This document shows, one piece after another, positions 41,880 to 56,393 of a stretch of DNA of 64,000 nucleotides (positions are counted from its first letter, which is position 1; each line of letters opens with the position of its first letter). This stretch comes from the human T2T-CHM13v2.0 reference genome, Homo sapiens. The notes below the pieces were generated by a model. It searched no databases. It saw nothing but the letters and a program-made list of their open reading frames with translations, and was not told where the DNA came from. The stretch lies in assembly GCF_009914755.1 (NCBI RefSeq), contig NC_060930.1; one strand, 5' to 3'. The position numbers and the translations under genes were made by a program.

Positions 41880-43455
41880 TTATAATTTTCACAAACAAAT
41901 TTCCTAAGAGTAGTCCAAACTCATTGCCTTGTCTTTTTTTTAGCTCACATACTTTCTTCAATCCAGTGTAATCTGGCCCTCTGCCTTATCCCAAAATCTC
42001 TCCTCAAAAGCTTTTAATAATCTCCTACTTGTCAAATTAAATGACTTTTCCTTATTCACCTTTTCTCTCTCCATAACACGTAGTATCTTTCTTTAATCAG
42101 TTTCTTCATTCTCATATTTGCTCTCACTTTCTAGCAACATTTACACTCCTGGTTCTCTTATTTCTTTGTTTGTTCTTTTCCAGTCTTCTTCCTTGGCTCT
42201 TCTTATCCAGCTAATCCCCTAAATCCATGCAGTTTCAAAATTCTAATCCATGATTTTCTCTGTTCTTTATTTATAATTTCTTTTTTTTGGAAGTCTCATC
42301 TACTTCCATATAAAGTGCTAAAATCTACTAGACATTTTCACATTCTGATAGCACCTCAAACTCAGCACGGCAAAACCAACTGAAAGTAAAAGAACTGAGT
42401 TTGAATCCTAGTGCTGCCACTTAATAACAACATGAAATTGAGCAAGTCATGACTACGTAATTCAGTTTCCTCATTCATAAGAAATGAGAAATTAAAAAAA
42501 ATTGCACTATTTGACTTAAAGGATGTTTAGAAAGATGAAAATATACCTAGAAACTCTATAAAAGATTGCATAAGTGTTCTGTGTTAGTGGAAAAAGTTAG
42601 TGTAAGAGTTCTGAGCTAGCGGTCAATAAGGCTCAGATTTTTGGTACTATGTTTGACTTTCCCGTTTCACAATTCTCCCACACTCAGTTAGTTACCAAGT
42701 ACTTCCCCTTGGATCTACCTTAGAAATATTTCAAATATCAATCCCTTCTTTTATATTTTTGCTGCTGCTGCATTAGTTCATACCTGTGTTACTCAAGCCT
42801 TGATTAGTACAGTAAGATGGCTTTGCTTTCTCCCACCCAAGGACTAATCAGACCCAACACTGATTAACTTCTGAGATCGGCAAGATTGGGTGCATTCAGG
42901 GTGGTATGGCTGGAGACAACAGCTTTGCTTCCTAACTGATTTCTGTATTTAATTTCTTTTTCCTCTTAAATATAATCTTCCATCCTGCTACCTGATAAAC
43001 CTTCCTGTAGGATGATGATGTCTTATAGAATAAAACCTAAATTTCTTGGCAAGGCCACTTGATCCCAAACTATCTTATCAACTTTATTGATTACCATACC
43101 CCTCCTCCAAGCATCCTAATTTCACCACACAAACTATTTGCCATCCCTCTAACACCTTACACTTATTGTGGCTCCTGTGTCTTTGCTTTTATCATTCCTA
43201 CTAGTTGTAATAGGCTGTCCTTCTCTCTACCTATTTCAAGGAATGCCCAGATCATATAATATTTTTCCATCAAGATTTTCTAAATCTCACAATAACAATT
43301 TTCTCTTTTGTGTTTCAACAGTATTTTTATTTTTATGCCTTAATTATAGTACTTATAAATTGTGTTGTATGAATATGTGTTTAGATGCATTATCAGACAC
43401 ATCATCTCTACAAGATGGGGACTAGAGAACCTAAGAAGTTCTCAATAATTTTGCC
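41880..43455 (+). mobile_element. L2 LINE (sense) with nested MIR (about 42385-42590) and 5S pseudogene
   Basis: Pyrimidine-rich L2 motifs such as GCACCTCAAACTCAGCA; MIR core GAGTTTGAATCCTAG..CAGTTTCCTCAT. Confidence 0.7.
42829..42917 (-). pseudogene. 5S rRNA retropseudogene, 3'-truncated
   Basis: Minus strand GTCTCCAGCCATACCACCCTGAATGCACCCAATCTTGCCGATCTCAGAAGTTAATCAGTGTTGGGTCTGATTAGTCCTTGGGTGGGAGA aligns to 5S rRNA nt 1-90. Flanking direct repeat GCTTTGCTT. Confidence 0.95.
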
Positions 43456-44109
43456 AGAGATACAGAAATACAACTATCAAAGTACAGGTATTATACAAAG
43501 TGCTTGAACAAACTCAGAAGAGTGTCAAAGAAGAAATTATTCATTTCAATTGGGATGGGGGTAGTTAGACAGGCTTTAGAGAGGAGAAGGGAAGGTGGCA
43601 TTTGCTAGGTCTAGACAGTAAGTCCCTTGATGGTGACAGTATGCCTTCCCCCTCCTCAGACGCTAGTAAAATGTTTTGCACATAGTGTTTGTTGAACTTA
43701 AAAAAATTAGATGAATTTTAGATGGAGAACTATGTTGATTTATAAAACAAATGCAGTCAAGAAAAAGTAAAAGCCAATGTGGAAGGAATTTCCTAATCCA
43801 AAGCTGTTATCAGGAAGATCAGTGTATCTCACGAAGTGATGAGAAAATTAACACAGGCACGAGGAGCTAAAAAGCTTTCAAAGTAAACTGGTTTATTCTC
43901 TGCTAAAAACCTTTCCAATAAAATCTGTTCTATTACCTATATCAAGTAATTTTAATATGCATATTTGCTCTTGCTACATTTAGATTACGTAAAATTCCAA
44001 TGAAGTATCTAGAATTGGTAGAAATAAAGGTGAAGCAAATTATTAGCCTGTGTACTATTATAATTTTCATTCAAAAGACAAAAGGCACGCTAAAAATGTC
44101 TATTAGAAG

Positions 44110-44370
44110 CAGTATGAAGTAAACGGTTAGGAGCACAGTTTCTAAAGCCAATCTGCCTACATTTGAATCTGGGCTCTAGCACTTTCTAATTAGTTTGACT
44201 TTGCCCAAGCTGCTTAACCTCTCTGTCCTACAGTCTCTTATCTGCAAATTGTGCTAACAGTAGTATATATTTTATTAAGGGAGCTAGTAATGATTAAGTT
44301 ATGGCACAAAATAAGGTTAGAACAGTGTCTGACATACAGTAAGAGAATAAAAGTTATCTATCATTATTAT
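44110..44370 (+). mobile_element. MIR SINE
   Basis: TTTGAATCTGGGCTCT..TGACTTTGCCCAAGCTGCTTAACCTCTCTGT..CTTATCTGCAAA. Confidence 0.8.
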
Positions 44371-44971
44371 TAATATTACTAACAATACTGGCAATAGATA
44401 ATGAGTATGTTTTGGTTTTAAGTGTATCATAAAACAGAAGTTTAAGCAGTAATGGCCAACATGCCCTAGAGATGAGAAAGATTTCATTAAATTTGTCCTC
44501 CAAAGTTATTAAGCCCACAATGGTTAAATGCTCTGTCCTCTCACTGGGTTGAAGAAAGCAAATAAGCCAGTAAGAGATATCTGTGATAGAGTAAGCTGTG
44601 GGTGAGGAACCAGTAAAAAGCTAGACCTGCTCTAATGTATAAAAGCTGGAAGCTGAGAAGTACTAAAACAAGGTTTTCAAAGTTGCTGCAGACAGTGATA
44701 TTTTCATGCTATCTGGATGATACCTGAGATCCAACCCTACTCCTCTAGCTCCTTCTCATAAAACAAGGATAAGAAGAACAATGCTCAACCAAAATGCCAA
44801 AAGGAATGATTAACATCATATGTACTCTAAGCCATGTTTAGAGTGGAAAAATGCCCAGCCTGTAGAAGTATCTTATTTAGAAACAAAAATAAGCCCTTTC
44901 TTAAGTGCTTGTTGTATGGATTTATTAATTTCCTCAAAATACATGGAAGAGCTTAGAGAAAATTAAAATAG

Positions 44972-45260
<289 letters not shown>

Positions 45261-46606
45261 GCTTGTCTGTAAATTAATCAGGGTATGGTACAATAGTAGT
45301 AGCAAACACAAGGAAGTCAGACAAGAACTTTGAGGTCACCATAGAAACATAAGCAACAGAGATCGAAGGAACAATAGATTGGGAGAAAAGTAACAAGGAA
45401 AGTTAAGGGACAAAGGAGGATATAGTCTTCAAGGTAGATTAAGAACAGAAAGGTTTCTAAATGCCAGACTTTTCCTTGAGGCATTATACTGATCCATTGA
45501 AGACTAAGCAGGTTTTTATTTCTCCATATTCTGAAGCTTATAACTGCACTTTGATTACTTATTCCCTCTGAAAAGAAACTTCTTATAGCCTACAGGACAT
45601 CTGTGGCATCAAATCCAAGTCTTAATATTTAAATATATTTTTTTCTATTTTATTCCTTTGTCTTTCCAATACATAACTTTTCAGCAGGGTTAATGTTTGT
45701 GTTATCCTAGTGGATCTCCTGGCCTCTACCATCTGAACCAAGAATTAACTGCCTAATAAGGACAGTTGGAGCTCTTTTCCTGCACAATAACCAAAGCATA
45801 CCAAGACGCGATCAACTTCTTATGGGATCAGTTACACTTAAAAGAAAAAAAAAGTGGAATAATAGATAAGAAATATAATAAAATATTGATAGGGTTGATG
45901 CTCTTATGGGTACATGAGGGTTTCACTGTATTAGTCTCTGCTTTTACCTGTATTTTGTAGTTTACATTAATAAAAAGCTTTTTAAAACTGAAAAAATACA
46001 GTAGTAAAAACATCAAAATAATTATATTTTTATGATAAAAAAGCCACTTAATCACTTCCAAGCATTTTATCACTATTAGAAGGGAATATAATCTAATTGC
46101 TAAAATTGTCATATATTTCAGTTATCTCATCATCCTCAGAAAGCAAATTCAGCAAGTAAGTAGATGCTAGTGATGCATCTGTAACAACAAAGAGTAAGTA
46201 TTTGGATAAAGAAGAGCCTCACTAACAGACAAACTGTTTATAACTTAAAGCCATGATAAGTTTCAGAATGTTTCAGCCATGAGGGGTAGATGCATTTATA
46301 TGTTGCAGCTGTAACTCATATATAATACATGTATAAGCCTCAAAAGTCCTGAGGCCATTTTAAGTTTCAGCTTTACACAGATTTATAGTTCCTTCTCAAG
46401 TATATAGGAATATAGTTTATAGGAAACATGGAAATATCGGGAACTTTACATAAACTATTTCTAGTTCTTGTTAATTTTAAAATCATAATGTGATAAACAC
46501 ACTCCATACTTTATATGTATTGTTACAATTCTTAAAATTATCCATATTCAAAGTGCTTACTTTTATGCTATATATTTCTTATACTATGACTTCAGAGATT
46601 TCATTA

Positions 46607-47262
<656 letters not shown>

Positions 47263-47883
47263 CGAGATCAATGTTTTAAATAAAATAAGATTCTGAGTTC
47301 TAGGCATACTCATTGTAAAGCAGATTCACCATTCCACATTTCCTTGATAAGACTGACAGATGTATACAGCAACAAGTGACGAACACTTGCAGTAATACTA
47401 CTCCTCAGCTGTTAACCAAGATTTACTTCAGGCACTGAAAAGAGCAGATTACTTGGAGAATGTAGGTACTAGAAAGAATGAACTTTACTAAGTGATTCCT
47501 TATTTGAAGCTGGAATAAAAACTCTCTCCATGTTTTCCTGCATGACTTATGCCAGACCAATGATGTATATATACTATATATATATGTGTGTATATATATA
47601 TATATACAATGATGTATATATAAAACAATAAGCATGTTTCCACTTCCATCTCTAAATATATAGAAAAAGAATCGTGGTCACATGATCTAAAGAGACAGAA
47701 ACAACCTTCTAACTAAAAGAAAATTAGAAAGTAAAATAACCACTCACTTTTTAGAGATGTTTTCCTAACCAGCTTATATCAAACCCACAACAGTCTATTA
47801 TATCATTCTGTCTTTAACAGTGTCTTTCATGAACTAAGGTGAACAGTGATACAACCATTTGAGAGATGAAAAATACATATATA

Positions 47884-48217
47884 TAGGTTGAGCTATGAAA
47901 ATATGAAATCTAAACGCTCCAAAATCTAAAACTTTTTGAGTGCTGACATGATACTGTAAGTGGAAAATTCCACACCTGATCTCATGTACACAAACTTTGT
48001 TTTGCGTACAAAATTAATGAAAATACTGTATAAAATTACCTCCAGGCTGTGTGTTTAAGGTGTATATGAAATATAAGTGAATTTTTTGTTTAGAGTTGGG
48101 TTCCATTCCCAGGATATCTCATTATATATATATATGTAAATATTCCAAAATCTGAAAAAATGTAAAATCTGAAATACTTCTAGTTCCAAGCATTTTGGAT
48201 AAGGGATACTCAACCCG
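47884..48217. mobile_element. Tigger4 (Zombi)-type MITE
   Basis: Termini TAGGTTGAG...CTCAACCCG with TA flanks; GTGGAAAATTCCACACCTGA core. Confidence 0.85.
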
Positions 48218-48409
48218 TATAATCAAATGACTTGCAGGTGACATAGCTAATTATTAGATCTTGGAGGGAAAAATCCGTCTTTTCAAATTTCCAGCTTAGT
48301 GCTATAACCGTTCAGATACATCACAAATTTAAGTCTAGTGGGGTGCTACAAATTATGCATCATCTCATTAATGATAATGTTTACTAATCTCAAGATCTTT
48401 GAAATAAAA

Positions 48410-48620
48410 ATAATAGCTACCTTTTTCAGATACGGTGCTAGTAGGCACTTTATATATATTATCTTGAATCCTCACAATAGCTCAGCGAAATATCCACTAT
48501 ACTCCTCATTTATAGACTAGGAAAATAAGATTTAGAAAGATTAAGTGACTTGCCCAATCACTTAGCCAGAAAGTATTGAAACCAGCTTTCAAATCCAAGT
48601 TTATCAAAGCCAGTGTTCTG
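48410..48620 (-). mobile_element. MIR SINE
   Basis: TCCTCATTTATAGACTAGGAAA..AGATTAAGTGACTTGCCCAA. Confidence 0.7.
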
Positions 48621-50657
48621 ATTAACCAAAAGATTCTTCCTCACATGTGCAAATAATAATCATATACTACATACAGTGGCATGAGACTTATGGAATATCA
48701 TGAAAACTTTACTTTTTTCCCTTTCTAATTTCATTTCCTTCCTTTCTTTTCTTTTCTTTGTTTTTCCTAGAAGATGTGGTAGAGGGGGAAGGAGCACTGA
48801 ATTCATGAAAACAAGTTCCTTGGAGGATTGATAAAGGAAGATGATAGTATTTCTACTCTGTCAGGGTAATTCAAAAGCATATTTTTAAATTTGTTACTAC
48901 TTCTTGAACTTTACTATGTGCCAGAACTAGGTGATTTATATACATAGCTCATGTAAAACTTATCATGAGATGCTAAAGAGCTTCCACTTAAAGGAATTCA
49001 AATTCTTGCTGATTTTTAATGATGACCACTTTTGTTCATTGCTAATCTTCCTGTCCTTCATTTTCTTCAGCCCTTCCCACTACTGCACCCTAATCTTTAA
49101 AAAGCAAAACAAATAAACAATAACAAAAGTACTGACTTCATATGACTGCTAAAGGAAAAGTGATGATATTGAATTTGATCTATCATCTTAATATTACTAA
49201 TTTATATTACCTATTTAAAATGTTACAGTAGCTCCCTCTAGTTTACAAAGCACTTTAGAATACATTAGCTAACTCAATCCTCAAAAACGCCTGTGAGATA
49301 GATTTTATATATCCCATGGAGCTGAGGCTAAGAGGAAATTGAGCAACTTTCTCATTTAGTTGAGTGGCAGGCCTATGTCTAAACCCAAGACTTCTCACTC
49401 TGCATTAAGAGCTTTTCTTTATCCTATTTTAGTCACAGGTAGGCTCGACTAACCCAGGAATGTGCTATATCAATGTACTTGAAAAACAGAAACACCTAAC
49501 ACCTAGATCTTAGTTTCTAACACCATCCTCTACCATTTTCCATAACCAGGACTCCTTGAAGAAATCACCGATTATATAATTGGAGCAGGGAAAATACAAG
49601 ATTAACTTGGAGTATCTAATAATACTAGAAAGTAAGGGAGTACTCAAAAAACAAAAGGATAGGGGAGTGACAAAAGAAGACAGGACTTTGGGTCTTTGGT
49701 CTTTGGGCTTCCAATGGCCAAAGCTGGAACAATTTGAGCAACAAAATGAATAATGCATATAAAATAAATATCCATGAGTGCATATTGATATAAATAACTG
49801 AATAAATAAGTATGTGAGTAAATGGGGAAGAAGACCCAAATCCCCCTTACATAAGAATAATGGACTTATATGTCCCCCTTCCAGGAGATGGAATTTATTT
49901 TCCCTTCCCCCTTGAGTGTAGACTAAACTTAGTAACTTGCTTCCAAGGAGTGGAGTACGGAAAGTAAATTTAAAATAGAGTAACCAGGCAAACACTATCT
50001 TCGCCAGGTGACCAAGGTTAACATCATTAGTGATAAGTCACCTTGACAGCATATTCCCTTGATGTGATGTGATGAAAATAGAAGCTTACCTCTGGTCTTT
50101 CTCTCAGAATCCCATAACCCCAGCCTAATATGAGAAAAACACCAGACAAATTCCATTTGAAGGATATTCTACAGAATATCTAACCAGCACTCTTCAAAAC
50201 TGCCAAGGTCATGAAAAACAAGGTAAGTCTGAGAAACTATCATAGGTAAGAGGAATCTGAAACAATGACAGCTAAAGGTACTGTGGTGTCCCGGATTTGA
50301 TCTTGAAGCAGAAAAGGGATACCAGTAGAAAAAGTACTGAAATATGAATGAAGTGTGGAGTTTCTTTTTTCTTTTTAACACTTTGTTGAATTATGACTAA
50401 CAGGTAAAAAGCTGTACATATTCAATGTATACAACTTGATGAGTTTGTACATAAGTATACACCCATTAAACCATCACCACTCTCAAGGCCCTGACATATA
50501 CACTACCTCCCAAAGTTTCCTCCCACCCCTTTTATTATTATTATTATTAACTTTGTGTGTATGTGTAACAAGAACACTCAAGACCAATCCCTGCCCATCC
50601 CCACCACCAAGCCCCTGATAATCACCATTCCAGTCCTGGCTTCTCTGAGTTTCACTA

Positions 50658-50945
50658 TTTTTTTTGAGACAGGGTCTCACTCTGTCACCCAGGCTGGAGT
50701 GCAGTGACACCAACATGGCTCAATGAAGCCTTAAGCTCCTGGACTCAAGCAACCTTCCCGCCTCAGCCTCCCAAGTAGCTGGGACTACAGGCATGTGCCA
50801 GCACACCCGGCTAATTTTTTTAATTTTTTGGTAGAGACAAGGACTGGCTATGTTGTCCAGGCTAGTGTTGAACTCCTGGCCTCAAGCAATCCTCCCATCT
50901 CAGCCTACCAAAGCACTCATATTATAGGTGTGAGCCACCATGCTA
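50658..50945 (-). mobile_element. AluJ
   Basis: Reverse-complement dimer flanked by repeated TTTCACTATTTT. Confidence 0.92.
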
Positions 50946-51028
50946 AAATAGGTTTCACTATTTTAGATTCCATATATAAATGAAATCATACAGTAGAGTT
51001 TCATTAATAGTAAAGTAACAATGTGGGT

Positions 51029-51411
51029 TGATATGGTTTGACTCTGTGTCCCCCAACCAAATCTCATGTCAAATTGTAATTCCCAGTGTTGAAGGATGAA
51101 GGAGGGGCCTGGTGGAAGGTGACTGGATCATCGGGGTGGATTTCCCCCTTGCTGTTCTTGTGATAGTGAATGAGTTCTCATGAGACCTTGTTGTTTGAAA
51201 GTGTGTGGTACTTCTCCCCGCCCTCTGGCTCCACCATGGTAAGATGTGCTTGCTTCACCTTTGCCTTCCACCATAATCCTAAGTTTCCTGAGGCCTCCCA
51301 GCCATGCTTCCTGTATAGCGTGCAGAACTGTAAGTCAATGAAATGTCTTTTCTTCATAAACTACCCAGTCTCAGGTAGATCTTTAGAGCAGTGTGAGAAC
51401 AGACTATCACA
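51029..51411 (+). mobile_element. MST (ERVL-MaLR) solo LTR
   Basis: TGATATGGTTTG...AGACTATCACA. TSD TGGGT/TCGGT. Confidence 0.92.
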
Positions 51412-51948
51412 TCGGTTCATTAGTAGCAATAAATCTATGTACCATAGGAATATAAGATGTTAATAAAAGGGGAAACTGGATGCAGGGTGTACAGGAACTC
51501 TGTATTCCATCTGCAACTTTCCTGTAAATTTAAAATTATTCTAAAATTAAAAATATTTTTTAAAAAAGAAATCAATACACTTAAAAATAAACAGACAAAG
51601 TGGGGCATTTGAGGGGGCTGGAGTAACATTAACAGCAAGAGAGAGAGAGAATCCCACCCTCCAAAATATCTAACACAACTGAGAGTGTTCTGCTAAACTA
51701 GAAATAACAGTAATTTCAAAGCTTTTAACAAGAGCCGTTCGCAGATATACTACTAGTAAAACCTCAGAATCATTTGCTTGTTATATTGTTCCTCCTATAA
51801 TCCTACCAAAAACAAAACAAACCAAAAAATCCCCATAATCCTTTGAAAGTTATTAAAGTCATCATAACCATTAGTAAAATATAAATGTATCTGCCATACA
51901 TGTCTAATAAACATGTAGAATCAAATGCATAATTCATATAACACTTGC

Positions 51949-52091
51949 CTCTGGAGTTCCTAGTGATTTCACAGCATTCAGATCAGATCCTGAAGAGAAA
52001 GTATTTTTTGCCCCACGGACAATGAGGCCTTTCCCCTCTGTCCAATTTTCCAATTCAATTACTTTTTCCAGAAGTTGTAGCATCATAACAC
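51949..52091 (-). CDS. ECHDC1: ECHDC1 coding exon (VMMLQLLEKV...FSSGSDLNAVKSLGTPE) with GC donor
   Basis: Crotonase FxxGxDL motif, CAG acceptor, GAG|GCAAGT donor, 143 nt. Confidence 0.96.
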
Positions 52092-53177
52092 CTGCCAGAG
52101 ATGGAAGTGGGAAATCACAAATATATGAAGGTGACTGGAAAAACAGAAATAATTTATAAATCACAAGTGTCAAGCATACTCTTAGGTCCTATATTTTATA
52201 AATATTTACTGAGTGTCTATCAAATGCCTACTGCACTGGCACTATGGAGTATACAGAAGAGGTACACATGGCAGGCCCTGCATTGTAAATGTAAATTTAT
52301 TATGTGTCTATCTCTCCATTTATCTTAAGAAATCACATAAATATATGATTATGTAGAAGAATAAGAATATACTATGCTGTCCTAAGAATAAGAAAACGAT
52401 ATGGTAATAAGAAAAAATTATTTCTTAGGGTAAAGATAAGACATAGACCTGACTTCTCAGCAATACATGTCTCAGTCAATAAAGCTTTATGGGTATAACA
52501 TGACTATGAGATCTTATGATATATTGGACATATGGTATACAGAACAAAACACAATTCCTATACTACTGACATCAGAATTAGTATAATAGGATGTTAATTG
52601 AGGAAATGAGTAATAAATACCATCTTGTTCCATGGTTAACAAACTGTCCTCTGAGGGGCTTGAGGCATACGATGGAAGTTCTTCACAGGCCTACCAACCA
52701 TTGATTCTATGATTTATAGATTGTTACCTTGATATTACTCCAAAATTCTATTGGAGCTTCTTTATAATAGACAAATTTAACACAGAAACAGCTGGGACTG
52801 GCATTTTAAGATCTAATCAATAACTTTTAGATATGCTTATCTTTGGTGATCTTCTAAGTTCACAAAGTTCATGGTTTTCAACATGACTAGTTTTAATTTC
52901 CTCTGCCTAGGCAATGCTTTAGAAGCCAATGTATAAAGATCATAACAGCGGGTTAAAACTGGCAAAAAATTTGTACCACAAGGTTCCAAAAGATGGCCCC
53001 ATTAAATTATGTACACTTCTTTGGAATATAAATCCCACAATGTCAAGAACTATTATTTTCTTTGCCATTTTCTGAAGTAGCCAGGAGTGAGGTGGCTCCA
53101 CAGTAAATGTTATGTTAATGATACTAACTCACAAATGACTAATGCAGCTATTCTTTCTTATGGCTAATTATGACCTA

Positions 53178-53508
53178 CAGTCATGCACCAACAATGTATC
53201 ACATATACCATGGTGGTCCCAAGATTAAAATAGAGCTAAAAAATTCCTATCACCTAGTAACCATCATAGCCATTGTAATGTAGTACAATGAATTATTCAC
53301 ATGTTTGTATTACAGTTGCCTATAGTATTCAGGAAGTAACACACTGAATAGGTTTGTAGCCTAGGAGCAGCAAGCTGTATCATATGGTATAGGTGTGTAA
53401 TAGGTTATACTATCTAGGTGTAAGTACACCCTACAATGTTCACACAATGACAGAGTCACCTAACATATTTCTTAGAATGCATCCCCATCACAAAGCAACA
53501 AATGACTG
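53178..53508 (+). mobile_element. Tigger3a-like MITE
   Basis: TA|CAGTCATG...AATGACTG, same family as 23557-25096. Confidence 0.85.
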
Positions 53509-53691
53509 CACTTAAAACTGTAACCCTTTCCAAGGATGTCCTAGATCCTTTAGAAATATCGTTCTTTTGCTTTCAAGTGATATATAGTCTAGTAAGGGAA
53601 AGAAGAAACCCATATTTTTAGTATAAGAATAAATCTGTATAGGTTAATATGGGCCTTTAATCACTCATAATATTTAAGGTTCTAAAAAACA

Positions 53692-54035
<344 letters not shown>

Positions 54036-54479
54036 TTAAAACCTTTCCTATGGTGCTGATTTTTTTTTAAACCTTTCCTATGATGCTGAAATGCTGGCCA
54101 CGAGAATAAGAAAAATCCATACCAGTAGTTACTGTTAAACTAATCTTTTCAAGTTTGCAAAGTAAACCTCAAAAGATGGAAGAGACCTTAAAGAGTATCT
54201 AACTGAATGATTTTTAAACAAGGGCCTTGAGTGCTCATTCATCCTCTCCCAATCCAACTCCACCAAATACCATTACCCAAATCAAAGCATTAGTTTTATA
54301 TATTATGCATCAAAATAATATTTGTTTCTAATTGAATAAAAAATTATTTGTAACTTTTCAGAAATAAATCATCACTATTGATCCAATTTAACCTTCTAGA
54401 GAAATTTTACCTTTCAATTTCTATTTTTCCTGGACTAATATTAAATTGGTTTTTATTCCCTAAACCAACTGAACATATA

Positions 54480-54808
54480 GAACTACAAAGTCTAATAAGG
54501 TAGTCACTAGTCACCTGTGTGTACTGAGCACTTGATACGTGGCTAGTCCAAATTAAGATGTGTCATAAGTATAAAATAAATACCAGATTTCAGAGACTTA
54601 GTATGAAAATAAAAAGAAAAATACCTCATAATTGTTTATATTAGTGACATATTGAAAAAAATATTTTGGATATACTGAGTTATAAGTGAATTGTTAAACT
54701 TAATTTTACCTTTTTTAAATTTTTTTAAACTATGGTTACTAGAATATTTAAAATTGCACATGTGGCTCACCTTTGTTTCTTACATTATGTTTTCATTGGT
54801 CAGCACTG
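54480..54808. mobile_element. MER33-like hAT-Charlie element
   Basis: GTAGTCACTAGTCAC..TGAGCACTTGATACGTGGCTAGTCCAAATT..ATGTGGCTCAC..CAGCACTG. Confidence 0.75.
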
Positions 54809-55757
54809 GTATAGAGAAATCTCTCTGAATTCTGGTAAGTGGAGAGAAAAGTCATCTTGGGTTTAAAGACTCACCACTGGTAATTTACAAAGGGTTTACA
54901 GACTATTGAATTATGTCTATAGTACAACTGTATATAAAGTAGATACATGAAAATTTTGTGAGATTTTCTGAGCCTCAAATTTCAAATGCTACTAAAGATT
55001 ATAATCATGAAGTGCATAACTGAAAAGGAGAGATTACTAAAATCAACTTGAAAATAGGAGTGGTGAGTATTCAACAAGGCTACTCATTAGCTCCTGCATA
55101 ACACAGTGGTAGCGTAGTTCAAATTTGAGCTTCAGCAAAAATTACAAAGTACCACATGTCCTGCATCTTCAGTTCTCTTAAATATAAAATTCTTATATGC
55201 TAAGAGTGTTGACTAGAAAATAGAAGGCATTCACCAGTATCTAAGAGTTAGGGAAGATTCCACAGCTGGACAAGTGCCGTGTTTCTTCTGTAACCATGGA
55301 ATTAAAAGGTTAAAAACTAACAATGATTTTATTTCAATTCACAGAAAAAAATTACGCTAAATAATTCTTTTCATTAACAGGCTTTTCTCTTTAGTTTCAG
55401 GAACTCTTTGAAACCTCTTTCTCCTTGTTTCCTAGTAGCATTAGCTGAAAACAAATGAAGTTATTAAACAGTTAATGAATTTCGGTGGAAAATATAATCA
55501 AGATTAATTTAGATTTCCTTTTTATCAATATCTGTATTAATGAGTTTTCTGAAAACATTCAAATATCCATAATCATTAAAAGTTACTTAAAGTGTTTCTA
55601 GTTCATATTACAGAGTTGTTGTTTTTGTTATTTTTCTCATGTTCTACCAAGAGTACAAGGACTTTAAAACATTCTGTCACCACAGCAAGGATAAAAAAAC
55701 TTGTGATAACAGTTTAGATTTAGTGTCATTCTTTAGGAATAAAAAGATCCCTAATAC

Positions 55758-55977
55758 CTGAAAAGGCATTCATTCTACTTGGATTGTTCAGAGTAAGAAT
55801 GCCAATGCCATTGTCTTCCTTCTGAAGGTCAATGGATCCACCAGGAAACTGCTGAAGTGTTTTTTTCACTTCTTCCTCATAAAATCCATGGGATGTACTA
55901 TAAAGTGACAATCCTGTTTGATGTAGCAATTTTGTCCTTCCAGACAGAGAGGCTGTCTTCAAAAGACTTTTCGCCAT
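55758..55977 (-). CDS. ECHDC1: ECHDC1 first coding segment in window (MAKSLLKTAS...GILTLNNPSRMNAFS); exon spans 55758-55979
   Basis: Crotonase N-terminal motif (LTLNNPSRMNA), acceptor TTTTCCAG|AA ATG, donor CAG|GTATTA. Confidence 0.96.
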
Positions 55978-56100
55978 TTCTGGAAAACAGAAATAAGTAT
56001 GCGGTAGTATAGATGAATAGGCACTCACTTTTCTAATATTATGTGTTAATAGGCTGTAGTAATGGACCCTTCTGTTGAGTTGGGAATACTTCCCCATTTC

Positions 56101-56393
56101 TTTTTTTTTTTTTTTGAGACAATTTCACCCTGTTGCCCAGGCTGGAGTACAGTGAAGCTCTCAGCTCACTGAAACCTCTGCCTCCCAGCTTCAAACGATT
56201 CTCCTATCTCAGCTTCCCAATTACCTGAGACTACAGGCACCCATGACCATGCCTGGCTAATTTTTATATTTTTAGTAGAGGCAGGGTTTCACCATGTTAA
56301 CCAGGCTGGTCTCGAACTCCTGACCTCAAATGATCCACCCATCTCAGCCTCCCAAAGTGCTGGGATTATAGGCGTGAGCTGTCCCATCTGGCC
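56101..56393 (-). mobile_element. AluS
   Basis: Perfect 13-bp TSD ACTTCCCCATTTC (56088-56100, 56394-56406). Confidence 0.96.

Larger units (their letters stand above)
49500..51575 (+). mobile_element. L1MC/MD 3'-end fragment with nested antisense L1 piece, AluJ and MST LTR
   Basis: CCAATGGCCAAAGCTGGAACAATTTGAGCAACAAAAT and terminal GGAACTCTGTA..TGCAACTTTCCTGTAAATTTAAAATTATTCTAAAAT. Confidence 0.8.

Noticed and set aside
45720-45850. Possible cryptic ECHDC1 exon with a strong pyrimidine tract
   Set aside because: The tract is the A-rich edge of an L1-like fragment and there is no convincing donor.
55980-56097. ORF-track extension upstream of ECHDC1 MAKS
   Set aside because: Intronic. The acceptor sits 2 nt before the ATG.
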